Positions 29,254 through 38,544 of a stretch of DNA of 64,000 nucleotides are shown piece by piece. Position 1 is the first letter of the stretch, and every line of letters starts with the position of its first letter. Origin of the DNA: Candidatus Amesbacteria bacterium (GTDB lineage: Bacteria; Patescibacteriota; Microgenomatia; CAZETR01; Amesbacteraceae); NCBI GenBank assembly GCA_027331445.1, contig DAHWUD010000003.1, positions 2,704 through 66,703 on the forward strand. The letters are read 5' to 3'. Below the pieces are notes generated by a model. That model did not search any database. It was not told the DNA's origin and was given only the letters and a program-made list of their open reading frames with translations. The position numbers and the translations under genes were made by a program.

Positions 29254-30680
29254 AAAGGAGAGAATTTACCTTACCCACACTGTTAGGGTTGCTGGTGGCA
29301 ACGGTGGGGTTGTTTACGGGTATATGGCTGGTGCAGCGACAAAGAAATCCGAATGTGGCAGCGAACAGTACGGAGGCGCCGGTGGATATGAAGATAGCGA
29401 ATGTCAGCGATACAGGATTTAACGTGAGCTGGACGACCGTGACTGCGGTACCGGGGTTTGTGCAGTACGGAGAGAATTCAACAACACCGGATATTGTGGT
29501 TTCAGATGAGAGAGACCAAACCCAGGGAAGCGTGGGTAATTACTTCACCCATTTCGTCACGCTCAAAGGGCTGAAGCCGGCGACGATATATGTGTTTAAG
29601 ATCGGGTCGGGAAAAGGGCTATTTGACAACAATGGACAAAATTACCAGATAACCACGGCGGTGGCGGTGGCTACCCAACCGGCGGCAGATGTGGCTTACG
29701 GCCAGGTGGTAACGAAGAGCGGAGATCCGGCCGACGGAGCCTTAATTTATGCGCAGTTGCCGGGGGCGGGATTGTTGGCGGGATTGGTAAAAAGTGGCGG
29801 ATCATGGGTGATTCCCCTGTCCACAGCCAGGACAGGAAGCGGGAGCGGATTTGCGACTTATGACAAAACCACACCCCTTAGTATTTCGGTCGTAGACGGG
29901 TCAATGGGGAGTGCCACGGTGATTACGGCGGCGGGCAAAATCAGTCCGGTACCGCAAATAGCATTGGGAAACAACTACGACTTCACCGTAGCGGAGTCTC
30001 CGGCTACGGGAAGCGCCTCGGCGTCAAGGTTTTCCCAGATAAACGCCGCGTTTGAGTCGCAGACCAACAGCCCAACAGAAATAAATGTCACTAGTCCCCA
30101 ATTGGGGGAACAAATAAATACAACCAAGCCGGTGATTTCAGGGGATGCGCCCCCGGGAACAAAGATCACTGTGGTAATCCACTCCACACAGACAATTACC
30201 GCTACTGTCACAGCGGCGAAAGACGGGACATTTACCTATAGCGTGCCGTCGGATCTGGCGCCGGGAGACCACACACTGACCATCTCGGCAGTGATAAACG
30301 GCATAACACAAACCATTACCCGGACATTTACGGTGTACGCGGCGGGGGAAAGCAGCCTGCCGGCGTATTCGGCGACGCCCTCGGCGACGATCAAACCCTC
30401 ACCCTCCCCGACCATGACGCCCACACCAATGCCCACGGCGGCGCCAACACCGGTAGTCAACAGCACGACCCAGGCGGCCCCGACGGCAACACCAAGGCCG
30501 ACACTAATCCCGACGTTAGTACCGACAGTAGTCCCGACAGCGGCCCCGCCGCCGGCAGCAACAGCAACGATGTCGGCTATCCCGGTGTCTGGAGAGACAG
30601 AAGGAACCTGGTTAACTCTGATTTTGGGAACCTTGCTTCTGGCAACCGGAGCCTGGTGGTACAAAAAGACGGCGGCTTAG
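29250..30680 (+). CDS. Cell-surface protein: signal peptide, FN3 domain, Ig-like repeats, Pro/Thr-rich stalk and an LPXTG-like (IPVSG) C-terminal sorting signal
   Basis: FN3-like ANVSDTGFNVSWTT...VQYGE; C-terminus PT-rich, then IPVSGETEG, a hydrophobic stretch and KKTAA (tripartite sorting-signal architecture). Confidence 0.6.
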   Translation: MKRREFTLPTLLGLLVATVGLFTGIWLVQRQRNPNVAANSTEAPVDMKIANVSDTGFNVSWTTVTAVPGFVQYGENSTTPDIVVSDERDQTQGSVGNYFTHFVTLKGLKPATIYVFKIGSGKGLFDNNGQNYQITTAVAVATQPAADVAYGQVVTKSGDPADGALIYAQLPGAGLLAGLVKSGGSWVIPLSTARTGSGSGFATYDKTTPLSISVVDGSMGSATVITAAGKISPVPQIALGNNYDFTVAESPATGSASASRFSQINAAFESQTNSPTEINVTSPQLGEQINTTKPVISGDAPPGTKITVVIHSTQTITATVTAAKDGTFTYSVPSDLAPGDHTLTISAVINGITQTITRTFTVYAAGESSLPAYSATPSATIKPSPSPTMTPTPMPTAAPTPVVNSTTQAAPTATPRPTLIPTLVPTVVPTAAPPPAATATMSAIPVSGETEGTWLTLILGTLLLATGAWWYKKTAA

Positions 30681-30699
30681 GATAGAATAGGGCCTTAAC

Positions 30700-31266
30700 A
30701 TGGCCAAAAGAAAAATCCGGGTGGGTTTAGACTTTGACGGAGTGGTGGCGTACAACCCAGCCAGATTAGTAAGGGCGGGTGTGAAATGGTTTAAAAAGCA
30801 GGTGCTGGGAATAAATAAGCTGTCTTTTATGGTGCCGGAGGGAGCGTTGATGAAGTGGCTATGGATAGCAGCGCACGAATCAAGCGTGTTCCCGGCTCAC
30901 GGAGTGGAACGATTAAAACAGCTGTCGCAAAGCGAGGAAATAGAATTTTATTTAATTACGGGAAGGTTCCCAATTCTGGAAAAACACCTGCTGAATTGGT
31001 TGGTCAGGAATAATTTAGAAGATAAGTTTAAGCTGATAACCCTGAACCGCAATTACGATCAACCGCATACGTTTAAATTAAAAACCGTGGAGAAACTGGG
31101 GCTGGATTATTTCGTGGAGGATAATTTAGACATCGTCATGTATCTCAAAGGCAAAACCAAAGCCCAGATTTTCTGGATTTATAATTTAATTGATAAAAGA
31201 CATGTGTATGAATTCATGTTCCCCGATTTAGATGCGGCTTTGAAAAAAATCTCCCCGAAAAAATGA
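30700..31266 (+). CDS. HAD-like hydrolase (DxDG motif)
   Basis: IRVGLDFDGVVA motif I; family otherwise uncertain. Confidence 0.4.
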   Translation: MAKRKIRVGLDFDGVVAYNPARLVRAGVKWFKKQVLGINKLSFMVPEGALMKWLWIAAHESSVFPAHGVERLKQLSQSEEIEFYLITGRFPILEKHLLNWLVRNNLEDKFKLITLNRNYDQPHTFKLKTVEKLGLDYFVEDNLDIVMYLKGKTKAQIFWIYNLIDKRHVYEFMFPDLDAALKKISPKK

Positions 31267-32426
31267 GGATATTGTTCTCACTGACCTACTATTCTCCTTA
31301 TGTTTCGGGCCTGACGGAATATGTAAAAAACCTGGCGGAAGCCCTGGCCGGAGAAGGCCAACAGGTCAAGGTTATTTGCCTCAGGCATAAGAGGGAATTG
31401 GCTGAAAGGGAGAAAATAAACGGGGTAGAAACGGCCAGAGTACGGCCGTGGATAAAAATCAGCAAGGGCTGGCTTTCGGGAGAATGGATAATAAAAGCAT
31501 GGAAAGAGGTTAAAAAATGCGACGTGGTGATTATTAATCTGCCGCAAGTGGAGGGAGTAATTACGGCGGTGGCAGCTAAATTACTGTCGAAAAAAATAGT
31601 GGCAATTTATATCTGTCGAGTAGAAACAAAAAACAAGCTGGCAGCAAAGATTCTGGAATGGAGCAGCGAGGCAGTGCTGTATCTGGCAGATAAGGCCGTG
31701 ACTTTGACCCGGGATTATGCGGAGGCGGTGCAAGAAGTGGGAAGATATACGGATAAGTTGGAATATATATATCCGATGACGGCAAAGCTGGGCAGAGACA
31801 GAAAGTGGGAGGAGGGAGCAAAACGCGAAATCGGACAGGGAAATTTAGTGGTAGGTTTTGCGGGCAGGATGGCCGGGGAAAAAGGGGTAGAGTATTTGCT
31901 GGAGGGCTTTTCTGAAGTGAAAAAGAAACTTAGAGGAAAGGCAAAGTTGGTGATGGCAGGGCCGGAAGAAGCGGCGGGCGAGGAAGGATATAAAAAACAC
32001 ATCCGGAGACTGGCGGAGAGGCTGGGAAGCGGCGTGGTGTGGCTGGGGCAGGTGCCGGAGGGAAAGATGGGATCATTTTACAGGTTGTTGGATATGCTGG
32101 TGCTGCCGTCGATAAATTCCACGGAGGCATTAGGAATGGTCCAGATAGAGGCGATGCTGTGCGGAGTGCCGGTGGTAGCGACAGACCTGCCGGGAGTAAG
32201 AGTACCGATAAAGGAAACGGGGATGGGAATAATCGTGCCGATAAGAGACAGCCAAGCGATAGGTAGGGCGATGGTAGAGGTGGTAAAAACGCAAAAGAGG
32301 TTAAGATTTTTGAGAAAGACAGCGGAAAATAAATTTAACAACCTCAAGGTATTACAGAGGTGGATGAATATACTGACTACTTTTGAGCAGAGATTAGATA
32401 GCGGAACGCGAAAGGCCGGGAAATAA
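31263..32426 (+). CDS. Glycosyltransferase family 4 (GT-B)
   Basis: N-terminal MRILFSLTYYSPYVSGLTEYV...; C-terminal EALGMVQIEAMLCGVPVVATDLPGV (EX7E motif). Confidence 0.8.
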   Translation: MRILFSLTYYSPYVSGLTEYVKNLAEALAGEGQQVKVICLRHKRELAEREKINGVETARVRPWIKISKGWLSGEWIIKAWKEVKKCDVVIINLPQVEGVITAVAAKLLSKKIVAIYICRVETKNKLAAKILEWSSEAVLYLADKAVTLTRDYAEAVQEVGRYTDKLEYIYPMTAKLGRDRKWEEGAKREIGQGNLVVGFAGRMAGEKGVEYLLEGFSEVKKKLRGKAKLVMAGPEEAAGEEGYKKHIRRLAERLGSGVVWLGQVPEGKMGSFYRLLDMLVLPSINSTEALGMVQIEAMLCGVPVVATDLPGVRVPIKETGMGIIVPIRDSQAIGRAMVEVVKTQKRLRFLRKTAENKFNNLKVLQRWMNILTTFEQRLDSGTRKAGK

Positions 32427-33078
32427 TATTGTTTCCTAATTTAAAGCAGTTGAAATAACAGAGTCGGGGAAAAGAATTAAATAATCTGGTGGGAAATAGG
32501 CCATGACCAGATAATTCGATTTGTCTAAAGCCAGATTGGCGAAGAACGGAATAAAGATAGGGCAGGTTGCATTGAAGGATTCCAGATTCAATATGCCAGG
32601 GGACATGTTTTAAAAGATAGTGAAAGTACCAGGTAATGTTTAGGGCGTTGGGTTCGGAAAAAACAATCTTTCCTCCCGGAGCCAAGACAAGATAAAGTTG
32701 AGGTAGCACCTCTTTGAGATTAACGTGGTGAAGGATATCACTACCGATAATGGCTGAAAATTGTCCGGGGAAAAGATGATCTGAAGTAGTGAGTTTTCCC
32801 CAGGACGGTTTTTTAAACTGCCGATAAATACGGGTCAGGTTATTTAGGGACCGATGGGAGATATCCACGGCATGGACATGGTATCCGTGACGAAGAAAGT
32901 AAATGGAAGCACGACCTGAGCCACAGCCAAAGTCGATGATGGAGGAGGAAGGGGGCAAACTAAGCGCTTGGCGGATGTGATCCATTTCGAGAGTCTGGAA
33001 AAGAAATGGCTGAGTGACTTGGTCTAATGAAAACTGATGAGGAGTAGAGTCAAAATAGGCTGATTGGGAGAGTTTCAT
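32377..33078 (-). CDS. Class I SAM-dependent methyltransferase
   Basis: IIDFGCGSGRASIYFLRHGYHVHAVDIS motif I. Start at MKLSQSAY (ATGA overlap with the upstream gene); the listed ORF is 5'-extended. Confidence 0.7.
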   Translation of the reverse strand: MKLSQSAYFDSTPHQFSLDQVTQPFLFQTLEMDHIRQALSLPPSSSIIDFGCGSGRASIYFLRHGYHVHAVDISHRSLNNLTRIYRQFKKPSWGKLTTSDHLFPGQFSAIIGSDILHHVNLKEVLPQLYLVLAPGGKIVFSEPNALNITWYFHYLLKHVPWHIESGILQCNLPYLYSVLRQSGFRQIELSGHGLFPTRLFNSFPRLCYFNCFKLGNNIISRPFAFRYLISAQK

Positions 33079-34838
33079 GGAGAAGCCTCGGTAATCAGTT
33101 GCAGAATCTGAGACTGAGAATAATGGCCGGTGTTTTGGAAGATGATAATTTTGGGGTGGTCGTAGACGGTAAGGGTTTCGTCGGCATAATCGTCGATGAA
33201 AGACAGACCCGGAAGGGGGCAGTCTGAGGAGGCGGCAATTTTGCCGTAGGAAAGGAACGGCAAGGCAAAACAGGCGTGAAGGCCGGGCAGGGGTAAATTG
33301 GGACGAGAGGTAAATTCGGCAATCTTGGTAAAGCCTAATTTTCCGGCAAACAAGTCCTGATAAAACCTGGTGGTTTGAGGGTAATAGTCTGGGTCGGAGG
33401 TGATAGAGGCATAAAGGCGATTGCTGGAAAGGACTAAATAATCGACTTGGGAAAGAGTCGGAATAAATTTGGCCCATTTCTGGGGAGATTCGGCGGCGTA
33501 AGGCTCTAATTGGAGAATGTTATACCGGGAACCGGAATAACCCGGGAAAGAGAGGGGCAGGCAATCGTCCCAATATTCACAGGAAAGAGTACTGCCAGGA
33601 GGAATATGGGCGTAAATCCAGGCGGAGGCAGTGACCCGGGAATGCGGGCGGGTATAGATAGTTAAGAAACTTGCGGGCCAAATCAGAATGAGTAAAGAAA
33701 CCAGGAGGGCAAAAAACCATTTAAGACGGGAAAGGGCCAAACCGGCGAAGATGGCCAAAAAGGGATAAAGCGGGTAATAATAGCGCAGGGGTTGGGAAAA
33801 CTGCAGACTCTGATAAACAAACAGGGAGAGGATAAAAAACAAACTTAGATAAACTCCGGGAAGCCGGAAGCGCGTTTTGAGAGCCAGAATGAGGCCGAGG
33901 AATACGGCGACGGCCAAAGGTAGACCCAAGCCGACAAAGACCAGGTTAATAAAAGGGAACCAACCCTTGGCCAGATGGATCCACTGGGTGGAGGGGGGAG
34001 CGAAGTGGTTGGGCTGGGATTCAAATTCCAATTCCCTCCAGTTGGCTAAGACTTTAGGATTAAGAGAAACGGTAAAGAAGCGGGGATCGGAAAACAGGTA
34101 AGGGAAGTTGATGCGGAGGGAAAGGAAAAAAAAGAAAATCAGGAGGAGGCCGGCAAAAAACAGGGGGAAAAATTTCCGCTGTCTGATTAATAAAACAGCG
34201 AAGCCCAAAACTAGAGTGAAGCCGAATATAAGACCAGAGATTTTAGCGCCGGCGGCCAAGCCGAAACTCAATCCGGTGAGGATAATAAAAAGGTGTGATT
34301 TGGGCGAAGGAAAGGAGTAATAAAAAAGAAGAAAGAAGAGGAAACTCAGAGTGAGAAAAAAGACCAGGTAGGGATCGACGGCAAAAAAGTGAGAAAGCTG
34401 GAGGGGAAGGACAGAAACGGCATAGGCGGCGGCGGACCAGAGGCCGGTTTTGGGGGAGGAAAAAATAAGAGTGGCCAGGAAAAAAACCAGCAGAACTGTT
34501 CCGGTATCCAAAATGGCGGAGACGGCCCGACCAAAAAGAGGCAGATGGGAGTAATCAGCCAACTGAAAAGCTCCGGATAAGGCTTTGACCAACAAGACGG
34601 GATAAGTGCCATAGACATAGAAGCCAAAATTTTGGTTGTGGGGATTGGCGGGGGAAGTAGCAGTGTTGAAATATTGAGACAGAGAGACGGGCCAGGTAAC
34701 AGCGGTGCCGACCATGGTGAGAAAACGTTCGTCGGGGTGGAGGTGCTGATCCTGATCCCAATCGAGACCAATAAGGCGAAAGGCCAAAGCAAAAAGTAAA
34801 ATGAGAAGAAGAAAAAAATAATGGCGGCGGATTATCAT
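33075..34838 (-). CDS. Large polytopic membrane protein, GT-C-like, with YYY motif (Chlor_Arch_YYY/DUF2298-related)
   Basis: 12+ predicted TM segments; periplasmic-loop HPDERFL near the N-terminus; ...QPLRYYYPLYPF.... Confidence 0.55.
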   Translation of the reverse strand: MIIRRHYFFLLLILLFALAFRLIGLDWDQDQHLHPDERFLTMVGTAVTWPVSLSQYFNTATSPANPHNQNFGFYVYGTYPVLLVKALSGAFQLADYSHLPLFGRAVSAILDTGTVLLVFFLATLIFSSPKTGLWSAAAYAVSVLPLQLSHFFAVDPYLVFFLTLSFLFFLLFYYSFPSPKSHLFIILTGLSFGLAAGAKISGLIFGFTLVLGFAVLLIRQRKFFPLFFAGLLLIFFFFLSLRINFPYLFSDPRFFTVSLNPKVLANWRELEFESQPNHFAPPSTQWIHLAKGWFPFINLVFVGLGLPLAVAVFLGLILALKTRFRLPGVYLSLFFILSLFVYQSLQFSQPLRYYYPLYPFLAIFAGLALSRLKWFFALLVSLLILIWPASFLTIYTRPHSRVTASAWIYAHIPPGSTLSCEYWDDCLPLSFPGYSGSRYNILQLEPYAAESPQKWAKFIPTLSQVDYLVLSSNRLYASITSDPDYYPQTTRFYQDLFAGKLGFTKIAEFTSRPNLPLPGLHACFALPFLSYGKIAASSDCPLPGLSFIDDYADETLTVYDHPKIIIFQNTGHYSQSQILQLITEASP

Positions 34839-36424
34839 AATGCGGAACAGTTTTGGGAAACGGAATAAATTTTAAGACCGGTTTGGGGATTGGTATAGGC
34901 GGGAGTAAAGTCAGTCGACCAAAGCTGCCAATTGGGGTGAAGAAAGCCTTCGGGATGGGGGTTTAATTCGACGTAGGAGATATTGGCTGCCTGAAGCAGC
35001 CGGCAGGCAATGGGTTTAGTGGGGGCGGAGTACATGGCTTTGGTACTGTCTTCCCGGGCGACCTGGTCATAGCCAAAGGACCAGGTGAAGTAAGAATAGC
35101 CGTTATAGATGAAGCGGCCGGCGATGGAGGCAGGATGATAAAACCAAGTACTATTGAGGACAACGGCGTCCGGCGGGGTGTGATGGACAAAGAAGGCGGC
35201 GTCGGGGTTGGACTGCCAATCGGCAATCGCGTAGTAGGAATCATTGATAACGGGGAAGAGATCGACAATCCCACCTAAAATGAGAAAGAAAACGATGATC
35301 GGAATGACGAAGCGGGCGGGACGATATTTGTCCCAGAGATAGCAAAGGGCCCAAGCGGAATACATGGCGCCAAAAATGAGAAAAAAATTAAAGAGCTTGT
35401 GATTATTGATGATATCGGTAGATAGCTGAAAGATATTGGGAATAAAAAACAGGAGGAGTAAAGGAACAATAAAAATGCGGGCTTTTTTGGGAGCCAGAAA
35501 GAACCCCAAGGGGATAAGAAATAAATGCAGGCCCAGGTTTAAAAACCAAAAATGAAGAAGGCTCCCAGCGGTGGCGGGCTGGGGTGTAAGAAAGCCTAAA
35601 TGCAGATTCAGGGGCGGGGGGGTGGGAGTGGCAAACAGGCCGAAATAAAGCCAGGGCAGGCCACCTAAGGCGGAAAACAAAAGCGGAAGACGGGAAGAGC
35701 GGTGCAGCAGAAAAAACCAACCGACAAAAATCACAGCAATGGCAAAAACCGCCTGATTGAGCAGGAGAAAAGTGCCGGTAATGAAGCCAACCAGGTAAAG
35801 GCCACGGCGACGTTGAGAATAAAGAAGATAGATCAAAACCAGGCATAGGGCATAGGACAAGCCCAGGTGGCGCTGATTGGTGTAAATATTCAGGTTCCAA
35901 AATGCGGCAATGGTGCTGCCGTTCCAGGGAGCAAAGGACGGAAAGGCAGACAGGTGAAGCAGGTCAGTCAGTGAATGAGAAGATAAAGGATAAAGGCGCA
36001 GGAAGTCCAACCAGGAAAAAGAGCCGTTGAAGAGAAAAAATAAAAGGGACAGCCAGCTGACCCGCTCGTCGGAAAATACGGCCAGAGCGACGATCCAAAT
36101 CATGACCAGAAGCAGCAAGAAACCGGCGGCGCTTAAGAGGTTGAGGGCAAAATCGATGCGGACGCCGAGTTTTTCCAGGAGGCCGGTGACCATATAAAAG
36201 AGAAAGTGGTAGCGGGTGGGAACGCCGGGGTAAAGAGGGTACTGAGGAGGCCAGTTTTTACCCAGAGAAAAGGAGCGAATCTGGGGCAGATAACCGCCGA
36301 AATCGCTCCAGAACTTTCCGGAGACCAGTAATTCGTGCTGAACGGGGTTGTAACTGAAGGTGTGCCACATGAGCCAGAGGGAAAAGACGGCCAAAAAGGA
36401 AAAAATCAGAAAACGAAAACGCAT
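34835..36424 (-). CDS. Large polytopic membrane protein, putative GT-C-type glycosyltransferase (paralog-like)
   Basis: Multi-TM, aromatic-rich loops. Start chosen at MRFRFLIF; the listed ORF's first 55 codons are low-complexity read-through. Confidence 0.45.
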   Translation of the reverse strand: MRFRFLIFSFLAVFSLWLMWHTFSYNPVQHELLVSGKFWSDFGGYLPQIRSFSLGKNWPPQYPLYPGVPTRYHFLFYMVTGLLEKLGVRIDFALNLLSAAGFLLLLVMIWIVALAVFSDERVSWLSLLFFLFNGSFSWLDFLRLYPLSSHSLTDLLHLSAFPSFAPWNGSTIAAFWNLNIYTNQRHLGLSYALCLVLIYLLYSQRRRGLYLVGFITGTFLLLNQAVFAIAVIFVGWFFLLHRSSRLPLLFSALGGLPWLYFGLFATPTPPPLNLHLGFLTPQPATAGSLLHFWFLNLGLHLFLIPLGFFLAPKKARIFIVPLLLLFFIPNIFQLSTDIINNHKLFNFFLIFGAMYSAWALCYLWDKYRPARFVIPIIVFFLILGGIVDLFPVINDSYYAIADWQSNPDAAFFVHHTPPDAVVLNSTWFYHPASIAGRFIYNGYSYFTWSFGYDQVAREDSTKAMYSAPTKPIACRLLQAANISYVELNPHPEGFLHPNWQLWSTDFTPAYTNPQTGLKIYSVSQNCSAL

Positions 36425-36465
36425 AGGAAGTGGATAAATTTTAGCACCCCATATAATATATCCGT

Positions 36466-38544
36466 ATGTGGTCGGATGTGGGACTGATTTTAAGGTGGTG
36501 GATCGTCTGGCTGGCGGCGGGGGGGGTAGCCTGGCCAATGGTGCGGAGGATATTCGCGCGCTGGGATGACCAGGGCTATGCGATGGCAAAAATATGCGGG
36601 GCGGCGGCGATCACCTGGGGGGTGTGGGTGTTGGGAAGCCTAAAAATATTACCATTCACAAACCTGGGTGTGGGGATAGTAGCAGTAATAGTGCTGGCCG
36701 GAGGGCTGGTGCTGAACCGGAAAAACCGGGGAAAAGTTCCGGGGAAATTAATCCTGGCGGAGGAAGCGATGTTTCTGGCGGCGCTGGTAATCTGGAGTTA
36801 TGTTAAAGGACATGCCCCGGATATCAACGGGTTGGAAAAATTCATGGATTTCGGTTTTACCAAGTCGATTTTAACCGGAGCATATTTCCCGCCCAAGGAT
36901 ATGTGGTTTGCGGGAGGATATATAAACTACTACTACTTCGGCCACTTAATGCTGGCGGTGGCGACCAGAGTTTCGGGAATTGATCTCGGAGTGACGTTTA
37001 ACCTGATGCTGTGCACTATTTTTGCGCTGACATTCACCCAGACCTGGAACCTGGTGCGACGATTGTTGGCCAGCAGCCCGGAAAAATGGAGGATTTTCGG
37101 CGGACTCCTCACAGCAATACTGATGGTGCTGGCGGGAAACCTACAGACAATATATGCCTTTACCAAGGGATATACTGGCGACAATCCCCCACCATTTTGG
37201 ACGATCTGGTCTGACTGGTCCAGCGCGGCCAGCTTTGACGCGGGGTGGAATTCGTATTGGTATCCCAACGCAACCAGGTTTATTCCCTTCACCATCCACG
37301 AGTTTCCGGGATATTCATTTGTGGTTTCGGACGTGCACGGGCATGTGCTGGATATTCCCATTGCCTTACTTTGCATCGGATTGATCATAAATATGTTCGG
37401 AAGAGAGGAAAAAACAAAAAAGTGGGAACTCGCGGTGTTTGGTTTTGCGGCCGGCTGGGCATTTACAACTAACGCCCTGGACGGAGTGATTTATCTGGGA
37501 CTATGGGCATGGCTGACGATACTGCGGAAAAACTGGTGGAATAAAGAGACGGTGGTGGCCCTGGCCATAGTGATAGCGGCTTTCGGGGTGAGCGTCATGC
37601 CGTTCGTCTCTCATTTCCAATCCTTCGTTTCGGGATTGGGGGTAGACTGCCCCCCGGTGTCGCTGACGAACAAAAAAATCGGACCATTTCTGTTTGAAAC
37701 ACCGGATAAGTGCCAGAAATCCCCCCTGTGGATGTGGCTACTTTTATGGGGATTTTTCTGGTACTGCGGCACGGCACTGGCGCTGAAGGAAAAGGACCCG
37801 GATAAGAGAACCCGGGCCATGCTGCTGGGATGGACGGTGTTTTGCCTGGGGTTAACGATTTTCCCGGAGTTTTTCTATTTCAAGGATATTTATCCGCAGC
37901 ATTTCCGAAGTAATACGATGTTTAAGCTGGGATACCAGGCGTACATGCTGATGATGCTGGTGTCAGGGTATACGATAACCAAAATACTGGCCAGTAAATG
38001 GCACTGGAAGAAGGGATTATTTTTGGCCGGACTGGCGCCGCTATTGTATCTGATATCGATTTATCCTTTATTTTCACTGCCGGGGTATTTCGGAAACCTG
38101 GCGCCGCAGAATTACAAAGGCTTGTGGGGGCTCACCTGGATCCAACAACGATATCCAGAAGACTGGACGGTGATGCAGTGGCTATCCAAAACAATTAAGT
38201 GGCCAAATCAACCGGTAGTGCTGGAGGCAAACGGAGACAGCTATACGGACGCCAACCTGTTTTCGGCATTTACCGGATACCCGACGGTAGCGGGATGGCT
38301 GGTGCACGAGTGGTTATGGAGAAGTTATGACCAGATTGCCGCCAGGGACGACGAGGTCAAGCAGGTATATGAGATGCAAAGCCCGGCGGAAGCGGAAGCG
38401 GTGCTGAAGAAATACCAGGTGAAATACATTATTGTAGGGAGTATGGAGCTAAAGAAATATCCCGATCTGTCCGAAGAAATGATCGGGAAAGTAGCGCATG
38501 AGGTGTTCGCAGCGGGAGCGACTAAGGTGTACCAAGTATTTTAG
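36466..38544 (+). CDS. DUF2298 / Chlor_Arch_YYY domain membrane protein (GT-C-like)
   Basis: GLEKFMDFGF...PPKDMWFAGGYINYYYFGH matches the DUF2298 signature; 692 aa, many TM helices. Confidence 0.65.
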   Translation: MWSDVGLILRWWIVWLAAGGVAWPMVRRIFARWDDQGYAMAKICGAAAITWGVWVLGSLKILPFTNLGVGIVAVIVLAGGLVLNRKNRGKVPGKLILAEEAMFLAALVIWSYVKGHAPDINGLEKFMDFGFTKSILTGAYFPPKDMWFAGGYINYYYFGHLMLAVATRVSGIDLGVTFNLMLCTIFALTFTQTWNLVRRLLASSPEKWRIFGGLLTAILMVLAGNLQTIYAFTKGYTGDNPPPFWTIWSDWSSAASFDAGWNSYWYPNATRFIPFTIHEFPGYSFVVSDVHGHVLDIPIALLCIGLIINMFGREEKTKKWELAVFGFAAGWAFTTNALDGVIYLGLWAWLTILRKNWWNKETVVALAIVIAAFGVSVMPFVSHFQSFVSGLGVDCPPVSLTNKKIGPFLFETPDKCQKSPLWMWLLLWGFFWYCGTALALKEKDPDKRTRAMLLGWTVFCLGLTIFPEFFYFKDIYPQHFRSNTMFKLGYQAYMLMMLVSGYTITKILASKWHWKKGLFLAGLAPLLYLISIYPLFSLPGYFGNLAPQNYKGLWGLTWIQQRYPEDWTVMQWLSKTIKWPNQPVVLEANGDSYTDANLFSAFTGYPTVAGWLVHEWLWRSYDQIAARDDEVKQVYEMQSPAEAEAVLKKYQVKYIIVGSMELKKYPDLSEEMIGKVAHEVFAAGATKVYQVF

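Noticed and set aside
29250-29330. N-terminus MKRREFTLPTLLGLL of the FN3 surface protein as a type IV prepilin signal
   Set aside because: It resembles GFTLIELL, but it lacks the obligatory Gly at -1 and Glu at +5 for prepilin peptidase. It is treated as an ordinary signal peptide.
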